A stretch of DNA of 64,000 nt. Source: an uncultured SAR86 cluster bacterium (GTDB lineage: Bacteria > Pseudomonadota > Gammaproteobacteria > Magnimaribacterales > D2472). The translations under genes and the position numbers were made by a program. The stretch lies in NCBI GenBank assembly GCA_902541175.1, contig CACBPP010000002.1, positions 117,589 to 181,588 of the forward strand, in the 5' to 3' direction. Below the pieces are notes generated by a model that saw only the letters and a list, made by a program, of their open reading frames with translations, was not told the DNA's origin and ran no database searches. Shown here piece by piece: positions 38,055 through 47,326 of the stretch (positions are counted from its first letter, which is position 1; each line of letters starts with the position of its first letter).

Positions 38055-40919
38055 ATGTTTAACTTAGAAGATCAGAAATATATTAAATTATTAGACCTTA
38101 ATGCTCAAATATATACTGAATCTAATTTCAATTGCAAGCATATTCATCTAGATTCAAAAAGTGATGAAAAAGTCTTTATGGTTGCCTTTAGAACTATTCC
38201 TGAAGATTCAACTGGAGTTGCACATATCTTAGAACATACAGCTCTATGTGGATCAAAAAAGTATCCTGTCAGAGATCCATTTTTCATGATGATAAGAAGA
38301 TCTTTAAATACGTTTATGAATGCTTTTACTTCAAGTGATTGGACAGCATATCCTTTTGCCACACAAAATGATAAAGACTTTAATAACCTTTTAAGTGTTT
38401 ATTTAGATTCTTCTTTCTTTCCAAATTTAGATGAACTTGATTTCCTTCAGGAAGGCCATAGGCTCGAATTCTCCGAAAGTAATAACGCAGATAGCGATTT
38501 AGAAATTAAAGGGGTGGTTTACAATGAAATGAAAGGAGCTATGAGCTCTATAACTAGCCAGTTGTGGCATGGCCTATCAAAGCACCTATATAACTCATCA
38601 ACTTATAAACATAATAGTGGTGGAAATCCTGAAAACATTATAGATCTAACTCATGATTACCTTGTAGAATTCCACAAAAAACATTATCACCCGTCGAATG
38701 CAACTTTTTTTACATTTGGTAACGTTGATCCTACTGAAATTCAAGAATTCATAAATGAGAATGTTTTAAAAAGCTTTCAGCCATCATCTGAGACTATAAG
38801 TGTGAAAAACGAAAATAGAATCAGTGAACCAAAAACTATTACCGAATACTATAATCCCATGCCAGAAGATGAAAATAATCATCATGTCGTATTAAGCTGG
38901 CTTTTGGGAGAAAGTCATAATCCAGTAGAATTATTAGAATCGTATTTAGTTTCAAACATACTTTTAGATAATTCTGCATCGCCTTTAAGAAAGACGCTTG
39001 AAAATACCGATTTGGGTAAATCTTTATCTCCATTAACTGGTCTAGAAGCTGATCATAAAGAGCTAGTATTTGCTGCAGGTCTTGAAGGTGTAAATTCCAA
39101 TAAGCAACTTGAGGTTGAAGAATTAATTCTAAATTGTTTAAAAAATGTTGTCTCAAATGGCATTTCTGAAGAACTTGTTCAATCATCACTTCATCAACTT
39201 GAAATAAAGCAAAGAGAGATAACGGGTTCCGGTATGCCTTATGGTCTTCAAATTATGTTAGGTTGTCTTCCAGCCTGCTTACACAATGATGACCCTCTTA
39301 AAGTCTTAGATCTAGATGCATCATTTGATGTAATTAAAAATAATCTTAAAAAAGAAAACTATATTGAAAATCTTATTGAAAAGAAAATTATTAATAATCA
39401 ACATAGAGTGAACTACTGTCTTGCGCCTGATATTGAATTCAATTCAAAAAAAGAAATGGAAATCCAAGCAAAAATTGATCAAAAATCAAAAAACTTGTCC
39501 GTTGATGACAAAGAAAGAATAATTGAACTAGCTAAAAACTTAAAAGCTAGACAAGAAAAATCTGATAATCCAGAAATTTTACCCAAGGTAACTAAAGCAG
39601 ACATACCAAAATCTCGAGAATATGCAAAATCTCAATCTTTTAAAAATGACAATAAAAATTTCTATTACAACGTTGGTACAAATGGCATTACTTATCATTC
39701 AATAATTCTTCCATGCGATCCGCTGACTAAAGAGGAGTTCAAAATTGCCTCGTTATTTACAAATACATTAACTGATGTTGGGATTGGTGATAAAAGCTAT
39801 GAGGATGTCCAAAAAATGCAGTCTGCGGTAACTGGGGGTATTTCAGCAAGTTTTACACTCATTCCAGATGATAATCAATCGACTCATTCTTTAGGATTAA
39901 AAATCACATCTAAATCACTAGAAGATAATGAAAAGAAAATGCAAGATTTAATGATTGAAACTGCAAAGAACCCTAATTTTTCTGATAAAAATAGAATTAA
40001 AGATATGCTTAACTTCATATCATCAGACAATGAAAAGTCTTTAATACAAAATGGACATATTCTTTCTATGAGCAATGCTGCAGCTCAAATTAATAACATT
40101 TCAGCTACCAATGATTTCGTATCAGGTATAAATTTTATTACCAATACAAACAAGCTCTCAAAGAATATCGAAACGGAATCTAATCTTGATAAGTACATTC
40201 AATTATTAAATGGTATAAAAAATAAAATTGATTCAAATCCATCTTATTCATTTACTGCATCTTCTCTTGATATAGATCACTCAAATATTAACTTTGAGTT
40301 TGACGATAAAGATACCAACTTTAGTGTTCAGAATTATTTTGATATACAAGAAGAATCCATAGGATGGATTACAGGTGCTCAAGTTACTTATTGTTCTGAG
40401 GCTTTTCCGACGGTCGATTTTTTTCATAAAGATGCGCCAGCTTTGAGCGTTTTAGGTGCTGTTTTAAGAAATGGATATTTACATTCAGCAATCAGAGAGA
40501 AAGGTGGGGCTTATGGTTCCGGAGCGATGCAAGACTCCAATAACAAAGTATTTAAATTCTTTTCATATCGTGATCCAAGATGTTCTGAAACGTTTGAAGA
40601 GTTTCAAAAATCCAGAGAATGGTCACTCAAAAATATTACTCAAGAGCAGCTTGACGAGGGTGTTTTAGGAATAATATCAAGTATAGATAAGCCGCTATCT
40701 CCATTTGGAGAGGCGATGAGTGATTTCTCTATGAATCTTGATAAAAAAGATTTAGACGCAAGATTAAGAATTAGGTCATTAGTAAAAAGCTGTTCACTTG
40801 ATGATCTAGTAAATGTCTCTCAAAAATATTTGTTTAATGAATCAAAGAGATCTGTTATTGCAGGCGAAAATTATATTGATGAGATGAAAAAATTAAATTT
40901 CAAAATACAAAATATTTAA
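38055..40919 (+). CDS. M16C insulinase-family metalloprotease (PreP/presequence-protease-like)
   Basis: The inverted zinc motif HxxEH is present in HILEHTALCGS. The 954 aa length is typical of M16C. Confidence 0.85.
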   Translation: MFNLEDQKYIKLLDLNAQIYTESNFNCKHIHLDSKSDEKVFMVAFRTIPEDSTGVAHILEHTALCGSKKYPVRDPFFMMIRRSLNTFMNAFTSSDWTAYPFATQNDKDFNNLLSVYLDSSFFPNLDELDFLQEGHRLEFSESNNADSDLEIKGVVYNEMKGAMSSITSQLWHGLSKHLYNSSTYKHNSGGNPENIIDLTHDYLVEFHKKHYHPSNATFFTFGNVDPTEIQEFINENVLKSFQPSSETISVKNENRISEPKTITEYYNPMPEDENNHHVVLSWLLGESHNPVELLESYLVSNILLDNSASPLRKTLENTDLGKSLSPLTGLEADHKELVFAAGLEGVNSNKQLEVEELILNCLKNVVSNGISEELVQSSLHQLEIKQREITGSGMPYGLQIMLGCLPACLHNDDPLKVLDLDASFDVIKNNLKKENYIENLIEKKIINNQHRVNYCLAPDIEFNSKKEMEIQAKIDQKSKNLSVDDKERIIELAKNLKARQEKSDNPEILPKVTKADIPKSREYAKSQSFKNDNKNFYYNVGTNGITYHSIILPCDPLTKEEFKIASLFTNTLTDVGIGDKSYEDVQKMQSAVTGGISASFTLIPDDNQSTHSLGLKITSKSLEDNEKKMQDLMIETAKNPNFSDKNRIKDMLNFISSDNEKSLIQNGHILSMSNAAAQINNISATNDFVSGINFITNTNKLSKNIETESNLDKYIQLLNGIKNKIDSNPSYSFTASSLDIDHSNINFEFDDKDTNFSVQNYFDIQEESIGWITGAQVTYCSEAFPTVDFFHKDAPALSVLGAVLRNGYLHSAIREKGGAYGSGAMQDSNNKVFKFFSYRDPRCSETFEEFQKSREWSLKNITQEQLDEGVLGIISSIDKPLSPFGEAMSDFSMNLDKKDLDARLRIRSLVKSCSLDDLVNVSQKYLFNESKRSVIAGENYIDEMKKLNFKIQNI

Positions 40920-41525
40920 TTAAAAAAATATAAATTTCTTCCTTTTTAAATCTTTTTCACAACCCCAGTACTGTTTTTGATACTTAGTTGATCTTGCTTG
41001 AACTCTATCTGCAACTTTTATTAACCATTGTTTTTTTCTATAAGTTTTTCTTTCAAACCCTGTATAACCCTCGTGATATGCTAAATACAGTGACCTTGCA
41101 TCAGACCTCTCAAAACCTTGATAGTAACCCTTGCTTGCGTACCAACCTATAAAGTCTGCTGAATCTGCAAAATCTTTTCTGTTCGCCCTAGTATTTCCAG
41201 TTTCATCCTTATAATCATCCCAGGTTTTAGTAAGTGCTTGAGAATATCCAACAGCTGAAGATGGTCTAAACCAAGGTATAAAACCAAGGATTTTTTCTCT
41301 ATCAGGTTTGGCATCTGATTGGAAACTTGACTCCTGATGAACAAATGACATCAATACATAAGGTGGTATTTTCCATCTTTTTTCGCTTTTAATGACTGCT
41401 TTGTACCAACTTCTTTTTTCTTTGAAAATCAGACATATATTGTCAGGATTCTCCGGAGGTCTTGTAGCACAAGATTGAATAATCAATATTATTAATATGA
41501 AGTAACTATACTTAAATCTTTTCAT
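40920..41525 (-). CDS. lipoprotein with SLT-type lytic transglycosylase-like domain
   Basis: It has lipobox IIQSC and a catalytic-Glu context (FVHQESSFQSDA). It overlaps the ligase stop by 14 nt. Confidence 0.6.
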   Translation of the reverse strand: MKRFKYSYFILIILIIQSCATRPPENPDNICLIFKEKRSWYKAVIKSEKRWKIPPYVLMSFVHQESSFQSDAKPDREKILGFIPWFRPSSAVGYSQALTKTWDDYKDETGNTRANRKDFADSADFIGWYASKGYYQGFERSDARSLYLAYHEGYTGFERKTYRKKQWLIKVADRVQARSTKYQKQYWGCEKDLKRKKFIFF

Positions 41526-42798
41526 CCTCTTTAAATCCTCTAAAGTTTTTAAATCTTGGAAATCTTAAGCTATAGTGCTCGCCCTCAATACTTTGAGTTA
41601 TAGCATCTGCTCTAATTTCTACCATTCTTCCAATAAGTTTATCTTTTGCAGCCCAAAATCTTTCTCTATCATCATCAGTAAGGCCACTTCCAACGCTTAA
41701 AGAAAAGAACTTACCATCGTCTTTGCCTTCTACATGAAATGCACCTAACTTACCCTCATGCTTCCCTGACCCCTCTTGAATATCAATAACCTTCAGCGTT
41801 ACCTCAATGAAAGGTTTAATTTTTAACCAAGCATGACTTCTTTTACACTCATAAAAATTATCATTAGGTTTAATCATTAAGCCTTCAAAGCCTTTTTCAA
41901 GTGCTTCTTTATTCATGTTAGAAAATTTAGCTTTTCCATCATCATTATCAAAGTTAATAATTTCATAATCTACAAGCTTTATTGCATCATCAAATGATTT
42001 AGCTAATTCATTAAGTTGTTTTTTTCTTTCAATTGAAGTTAGTATACTTTTTCCATTATTAAATTCTTTGAGTGGAAGAATATCAAACAAAGCAAGATAG
42101 GCATCGTCAGTTTTTGCTCCAGATTTTCTATAAACTTGTTTCATTAAAGCTTGAAAATCATCGCTCATCACCTCTCCATCGAAAACAAGATTATTAAATT
42201 CTTTTTTACTTAGAGCGCTTTCAATATGTGGAAAATTATTAAATATCTTTCCATTTCGACTGTATAAAGTAGCTCTTCCATTTTTAACAATCGCAATAAC
42301 TCTTACACCATCATATTTGTACTCTACCAAACAATCGCCCTTAATTTTTTTTGGATGTTTAGCACCGTCATGAGCTAACATACATGAAAAAATAGGTACT
42401 CTAAATTCCAAGTCCATTTTTTTTGCAACGTTATTTACTGTCTTTTCACTTACTCCACATCTTAGGTCCTTGATAAGAATTCTTCTATACCAATAATTCC
42501 ACTGATCTGTCTTTGATGATTCAATTAATTCAATAATCAAATCTCTAGCAGCATGGCCAGTTTTGTCTCTATCTATTAATTGATTTGCAGCTTTCTTAAA
42601 ATCACTCCAATCTAAACCAACTCCATCTTCAATACATTCAGGCACTTGTTTTACTCCAAATGTGGTCAAAGGATCTAAACACATAACAAGTCCCTCTTGA
42701 AAAATTTTATCGTTAAGGTGCTTTTCTATCACTCCCTCTTTAAATAGCCGACTATTATCACTTTCAAGTTCTACAATAATCTTCCAAGGTTCTATCAT
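41512..42798 (-). CDS. ATP-dependent DNA ligase (compact three-domain type, cytoplasmic)
   Basis: All nucleotidyltransferase motifs are present: I EYKYDGVR, III LVFDGEV, IIIa LALFDIL, IV EGLMIK, V WLKIKP and VI LRFPRF. A helical N-terminal domain of about 150 aa ends in ILIKDLRCGVSEKTV. There is no signal peptide. Confidence 0.9.
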   Translation of the reverse strand: MIEPWKIIVELESDNSRLFKEGVIEKHLNDKIFQEGLVMCLDPLTTFGVKQVPECIEDGVGLDWSDFKKAANQLIDRDKTGHAARDLIIELIESSKTDQWNYWYRRILIKDLRCGVSEKTVNNVAKKMDLEFRVPIFSCMLAHDGAKHPKKIKGDCLVEYKYDGVRVIAIVKNGRATLYSRNGKIFNNFPHIESALSKKEFNNLVFDGEVMSDDFQALMKQVYRKSGAKTDDAYLALFDILPLKEFNNGKSILTSIERKKQLNELAKSFDDAIKLVDYEIINFDNDDGKAKFSNMNKEALEKGFEGLMIKPNDNFYECKRSHAWLKIKPFIEVTLKVIDIQEGSGKHEGKLGAFHVEGKDDGKFFSLSVGSGLTDDDRERFWAAKDKLIGRMVEIRADAITQSIEGEHYSLRFPRFKNFRGFKEDEKI

Positions 42799-42802
42799 TT
42801 AT

Positions 42803-43426
42803 TTAATTTTCCTCATCAGAAATATTAAGTTGTTTTAATCTTGCTGTATCTTGAGCTCTAGACTCAATATGTGAAATCATTTGTTTTGTTATTGGAGTTC
42901 TGTCTTGATCACAAAGTGTTGCATAAAATTTTTCTGCAAAGTTAATTGAAAATTCGATCATTTGTTTCACTGTATTTAAAGGATCATCTACAACATTTAA
43001 ATCAGATACAACTGCAATTGCAAACGATTTAGTTTCATCATCAAAAGTTCCCGGTTTTAAAGCGTTTATGACCCGAAATTTTTCTATTTTATTATCTTGA
43101 TAAAAAGCAAAGTAATTATTCACAGTTTTTGCTCCATAATTTGATAAAAAACCAAACAATTGATCCATGTCAAACATAGATCTATCCATAGAAATTAAAT
43201 TTAATATTACTAATTCCTGGTCATTTGACTGATTTATATCAAAATCAAAAGATTGTTGATTTTTATGTGGCTCATCTGAAATATTTAAATCGGATGGATC
43301 TTGGACTTTCTCAATTTTAACTTTTAAATTACCATCATTTGAGACTTTTCTTATGAATAAAAAAGTAATTATAAGAAATATCAAAATAGCGAGTCCTATT
43401 AGATATATCTCTGAATTTACACTCAT
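42803..43426 (-). CDS. zipA: cell division protein ZipA (short form)
   Basis: It has an N-terminal TM anchor and a C-terminal FtsZ-binding domain. INALKPGTFDDETKSF matches E. coli MVKPGTFDPEMKDF. It is 207 aa and lacks the long P/Q linker. Confidence 0.85.
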   Translation of the reverse strand: MSVNSEIYLIGLAILIFLIITFLFIRKVSNDGNLKVKIEKVQDPSDLNISDEPHKNQQSFDFDINQSNDQELVILNLISMDRSMFDMDQLFGFLSNYGAKTVNNYFAFYQDNKIEKFRVINALKPGTFDDETKSFAIAVVSDLNVVDDPLNTVKQMIEFSINFAEKFYATLCDQDRTPITKQMISHIESRAQDTARLKQLNISDEEN

Positions 43427-45625
43427 TTACGATTCAGCCAACTCGAGAGCTTGATTTACATCCACCGATACCATCCTTGAAACTCCAGCCTCTTGCATTG
43501 TTACACCCATAAGGTAGTCGCTTCTTTCCATTGAAACTTTATTGTGAGTTATGAATATAAACTGAACAGTTTTTGACATCTCCTCGACCATATTTATAAA
43601 TCTTAATGTATTCAAGTCATCCAAAGGAGCGTCTACTTCATCTAGCAAACAAAAAGGTGCTGGATTTAAGTCAAAAATTGCAAAAACTAAGGCCAATGCA
43701 GTTAGGGCTTTTTCACCACCAGACAGTTGAGATATTGATGAGTTTTTCTTTCCAGGAGGTCTTGCCATTAAAATCACACCGGCATTTAAAGCATCCTCCT
43801 CAGTCAAGGTTAATTCAGCTACCCCGCCACCAAAGAGTTTTGGAAACATCTCTTTTAGTTTTGAGTTAACAGAGTCAAAGCTTTCCTTAAAAATTGTTTT
43901 AGTTTCTTGATCTATCTTTTTTATTGCACCAGTAAGTTTTTCTAAAGCTTCTGTTAAGTCATTATATTGTTCATCTAGCTCTTCTTTTCTTTTTGATTCC
44001 TCTTCTATTTCTTCTGGCGCGGCTAAGTTAATAGCTCCTAATTTTATTATTTTTGTCTCAATATTGACCAGCTTATCCTCAAGCTCTTCTATAGTCATAT
44101 CTTCATATTCAGAAAAATCTATTTTATCTATGTCTATTCCAGCTTCTTTAATTTTTTTATTTGAATTATCTAAATTAATTTCGTAAGTTTTTTGCTCTAT
44201 TCTTATGTTTGTGATCTTTTCAGAAATTGTTCTGGCATCTAAATCTGCAATAGATTTTTTATTTTCAAACTCCCTCAATTCTTCATTAAATTTAGATTGT
44301 TTTTGCCTTAGGGAAATTAAAACTGATTCAGCACTAGAACTTTTATCTACAAAGTCTCTCATTTCATCTTCGATAGACTTTTTCAATTTTTCAGCATTTA
44401 AAATTTGATCCTCAAGATCATTTTGTCTTGATAAATATTCCTCAGTTAATGTCTTTGATTGAGCAGTCGCTATATTTAGAATATCTGTAAGTAAGCTTTT
44501 TAATTCAATTGCTTTTTCTCTGATATTTTCATTTTTTATTCCATATTTCTCTATTGTATTTATCATGCTGTCAAGGATATGCATTGCCTTTTCGCTTGGA
44601 CTTAACTCTTCAAAATTCTTTTCAGTTTCTTTAGCTTTTTCATAATTTTGTTTTACTTTTTCTAAATTAGACTTTGTTTCCTGTTCATTTTTATTGATGT
44701 TGTGAAGATTTGCCTCCCTTTTAGCTATTTCAGCACCTACAGCATAGAAATTCTTTTGAGCTTCTTCATATTCGCTCAGAACAGATTCATTTTCGGTTCT
44801 AAATTGATCTATTTGAGATTGTATGGTTTCAGATTCAGCATTTTTTATCTGCAAGTCTCTGTTTAATGAATCTAATTTTTTTTGAAGATCATCTCTACTA
44901 CTTTTAGCTTCAATAGAAAATAAAACGGCCTTGTCCAGTTCAAGTTTTGCTTTATCTTTTTTAAGTTCATTATATTTTTCAGCAGCTTTTGCCTGATTCT
45001 CAAGTCTTTTTATTAATCTTCCTATTTCATCTCTGATATCTTTTACTCGTGATAAATTTTCTCTGGTTCTTTTAATTCTAGATTCTGTTTCTTTTCTTCT
45101 TTCTCTATACTTTGATACTCCTGCAGCCTCTTCAATATGCGTTCTTAACTCATCTGGTTTTGCACTTACAAGCTTGGTGACCATCCCTTGTTCAATAATT
45201 GCATAAGAGCTTGGTCCAAGGCCGGTACCAAGGAATATATCTTGTACATCTTTCCTTCTACATTTTGTATTGTTTATAAAATAGTCAGACTGAGCGTCTC
45301 TTGTCATAACTCTTTTAATTGATACTTCATTAAATGATGCATACTCTCCCCCTATTTTCGCACTCGAGTTATCAAATAAGAGCTCGATACTGCATTGACC
45401 AGAAGCTTTTCTGTTCTCTGAGCCGTTGAAGATTACATCCACCATTGATTCACCTCTAAGATTTTTTGCTGATAATTCACCAAGCACCCATCTAACAGCA
45501 TCAATTACGTTTGATTTTCCACAACCATTTGGACCTACAACGCCGACCATATTTGTTGGGAAAGATATCTTCGTTGGATCAACGAAACTTTTAAAACCTG
45601 AAAGTTTTATATGTTTAAGCTGCAT
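43427..45625 (-). CDS. smc: chromosome partition protein Smc, unusually short (732 aa) with no recognisable hinge
   Basis: The N-terminal head is MQLKHIKLSGFKSFVD...VVGPNGCGKSNVIDAVRWVLGE. The C-terminal head has the signature LSGGEKALTALAL, Walker B CLLDEVDAPLDD and ITHNK. Between the heads lies only about 390 aa of heptad-rich sequence. Confidence 0.85.
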   Translation of the reverse strand: MQLKHIKLSGFKSFVDPTKISFPTNMVGVVGPNGCGKSNVIDAVRWVLGELSAKNLRGESMVDVIFNGSENRKASGQCSIELLFDNSSAKIGGEYASFNEVSIKRVMTRDAQSDYFINNTKCRRKDVQDIFLGTGLGPSSYAIIEQGMVTKLVSAKPDELRTHIEEAAGVSKYRERRKETESRIKRTRENLSRVKDIRDEIGRLIKRLENQAKAAEKYNELKKDKAKLELDKAVLFSIEAKSSRDDLQKKLDSLNRDLQIKNAESETIQSQIDQFRTENESVLSEYEEAQKNFYAVGAEIAKREANLHNINKNEQETKSNLEKVKQNYEKAKETEKNFEELSPSEKAMHILDSMINTIEKYGIKNENIREKAIELKSLLTDILNIATAQSKTLTEEYLSRQNDLEDQILNAEKLKKSIEDEMRDFVDKSSSAESVLISLRQKQSKFNEELREFENKKSIADLDARTISEKITNIRIEQKTYEINLDNSNKKIKEAGIDIDKIDFSEYEDMTIEELEDKLVNIETKIIKLGAINLAAPEEIEEESKRKEELDEQYNDLTEALEKLTGAIKKIDQETKTIFKESFDSVNSKLKEMFPKLFGGGVAELTLTEEDALNAGVILMARPPGKKNSSISQLSGGEKALTALALVFAIFDLNPAPFCLLDEVDAPLDDLNTLRFINMVEEMSKTVQFIFITHNKVSMERSDYLMGVTMQEAGVSRMVSVDVNQALELAES

Positions 45626-45650
45626 TTAAAGAATCAATTTAATATCACCA

Positions 45651-46436
45651 TTATAACTCTTGTGGGGTTTTAAACCATTCATTTAAATTAATTTTGTATG
45701 AATTAAAAGGTATATCTTGATTAGGAAATATTTTGTTTTCTACAAAAAATATTTGCTGATCATCCAAGCAATTAATTTTAATTTTCATCTCAATAGATTC
45801 TTGATTTAAATATGCAGAAGCTAAGTCAAATCCAGGTATCACGCTGTCTAGATTATTTAATGAAATATTATCTTTGTTTTTGAATTCTTTTTTGGCAATC
45901 GGTATTTCAGGACCATTTGCTATGAAAAGAGTAACTTCTCCATTTCTAATAGAACACGGATACAATGAGCTAGAGTCTATCTTAAAACTAGAGCTCTTAA
46001 ATTTAGGAAATTTCTCATCTCTTAAAGCAGCATATAAGTTATAGAAGATAAGTTTTTCATTATTTGATTTAAAGAATCTCTCTGAAAAAGCTATTAAACT
46101 CTCAGCTGACTTAAGTTTTTTTAAATCTATTGATTTGCCAATAAGGCCTACTAGCCAATTTTTTAATTCATCTTCATCAAGAATATTTTCTAGTTGTTTT
46201 AGATATTCAACAGATATTCCTTCATCAATATAAATTTCATCAAAAATTTTATTATTTAGTGCTTGTTTTTCATAAGAACCAACAAATGCAAATTTACTTA
46301 TAAACATAAATAGGCATAAGGAAAGGATTAACAATGATGATCCAAAGATCAGTCCTTTGTTTATGGTTTTCTGAGCCAAAATATAAGCGATTATTGGCAA
46401 AGCGGCTAATATTGTTAATAAATAAAAAATAAACAT
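45651..46436 (-). CDS. ccmI: CcmI-like cytochrome c maturation protein (assigned by position)
   Basis: It directly follows ccmH with a 1-nt overlap and has two N-terminal TM helices, as in the CcmI-1 module. The C-terminal part is not obviously TPR. Confidence 0.45.
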   Translation of the reverse strand: MFIFYLLTILAALPIIAYILAQKTINKGLIFGSSLLILSLCLFMFISKFAFVGSYEKQALNNKIFDEIYIDEGISVEYLKQLENILDEDELKNWLVGLIGKSIDLKKLKSAESLIAFSERFFKSNNEKLIFYNLYAALRDEKFPKFKSSSFKIDSSSLYPCSIRNGEVTLFIANGPEIPIAKKEFKNKDNISLNNLDSVIPGFDLASAYLNQESIEMKIKINCLDDQQIFFVENKIFPNQDIPFNSYKINLNEWFKTPQEL

Positions 46437-46804
46437 TATTTTTTTCTAAAGAAAAAAATTAAAAATGCTAAAAGTAAAAAAACGAATGGAGAATACCATA
46501 AAATATAGGTTGTATTATTTAGCTCAGGTTCGTATAAAGAATCTTGTCCAAATCTTGACGAAACATAGTCTTTAATTTCTTGATCAGTTTTGTTTTCATT
46601 GATCATTTGAGCAATCTTAATTTTTAAATCTTCAGATATTGGAGCATTTGAACTTGATAAAGAACCAGAAGTACATTTAGGGCATCTTATATCTTTTATT
46701 AAATTATTAAATCTATTTTCATCATACTCATCTTCAAAATAATATAAGTTGTCTGATGAAATATTTAATGATAAGAATAATATGAATGTATATAAACACC
46801 GCAT
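46436..46804 (-). CDS. ccmH: cytochrome c-type biogenesis protein CcmH
   Basis: Motifs RCPKCTSGSLSSSNAPIS (CxxC followed by SNAP) and a C-terminal TM segment are present. Confidence 0.88.
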   Translation of the reverse strand: MRCLYTFILFLSLNISSDNLYYFEDEYDENRFNNLIKDIRCPKCTSGSLSSSNAPISEDLKIKIAQMINENKTDQEIKDYVSSRFGQDSLYEPELNNTTYILWYSPFVFLLLAFLIFFFRKK

Positions 46805-47326
46805 CTAAAACATTTTCCTATCTTTAATGATTGGCAAAAACACATCATTCCATATTTGATCATTTACCTCACCTTGATAATGAGCAACAACTCTACCATC
46901 GCTTATCAAAAAAGTTTCTGGTGCACCCGTAACACCTAAATCAAGTGCCAAGTTTCCTTTATAATCATGCAATATTGTCTGATATGGATTGCCATATTTT
47001 TTTAACCAAATGATGGCATCTTCTTGTTCATCTTTATAATTTAATCCAATAACAGGTATGCCATTTTTGCTTAAGCTTGTTAGGTACGGATGTTCTATGA
47101 TGCAAGTTATACACCAGCTAGCCCATACATTTAAGACATAGTCACCATTTAAAAGGTCATTGTTAACTGTCATTGTATTATCAAGAACTTTTAATTCAAA
47201 CTCAGGAATCTGAAACTGATCATAGTCAGCCCCAGGATATGTATCTTCATTAGTTAAAATCATAAAAAATAATAATAAGAAAATTGTTGGGACTATAAAA
47301 ACTATTAATTTTAATAATAAGTTCAT
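46805..47326 (-). CDS. ccmG: thiol:disulfide oxidoreductase CcmG/DsbE
   Basis: Motifs WASWCITC and GVTGAPETFLI are present, with an N-terminal anchor. Confidence 0.9.
   Translation of the reverse strand: MNLLLKLIVFIVPTIFLLLFFMILTNEDTYPGADYDQFQIPEFELKVLDNTMTVNNDLLNGDYVLNVWASWCITCIIEHPYLTSLSKNGIPVIGLNYKDEQEDAIIWLKKYGNPYQTILHDYKGNLALDLGVTGAPETFLISDGRVVAHYQGEVNDQIWNDVFLPIIKDRKMF

Noticed and set aside
43427-45625. I considered whether the short SMC-like ATPase belongs to a defence system (Lamassu, Wadjet or RecN-like).
   Set aside because: The head sequences are nearly colinear with housekeeping gammaproteobacterial Smc. The gene sits in the canonical smc-zipA context, and no nuclease or kleisin-like partner genes flank it. 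I therefore interpret it as a reduced housekeeping Smc.
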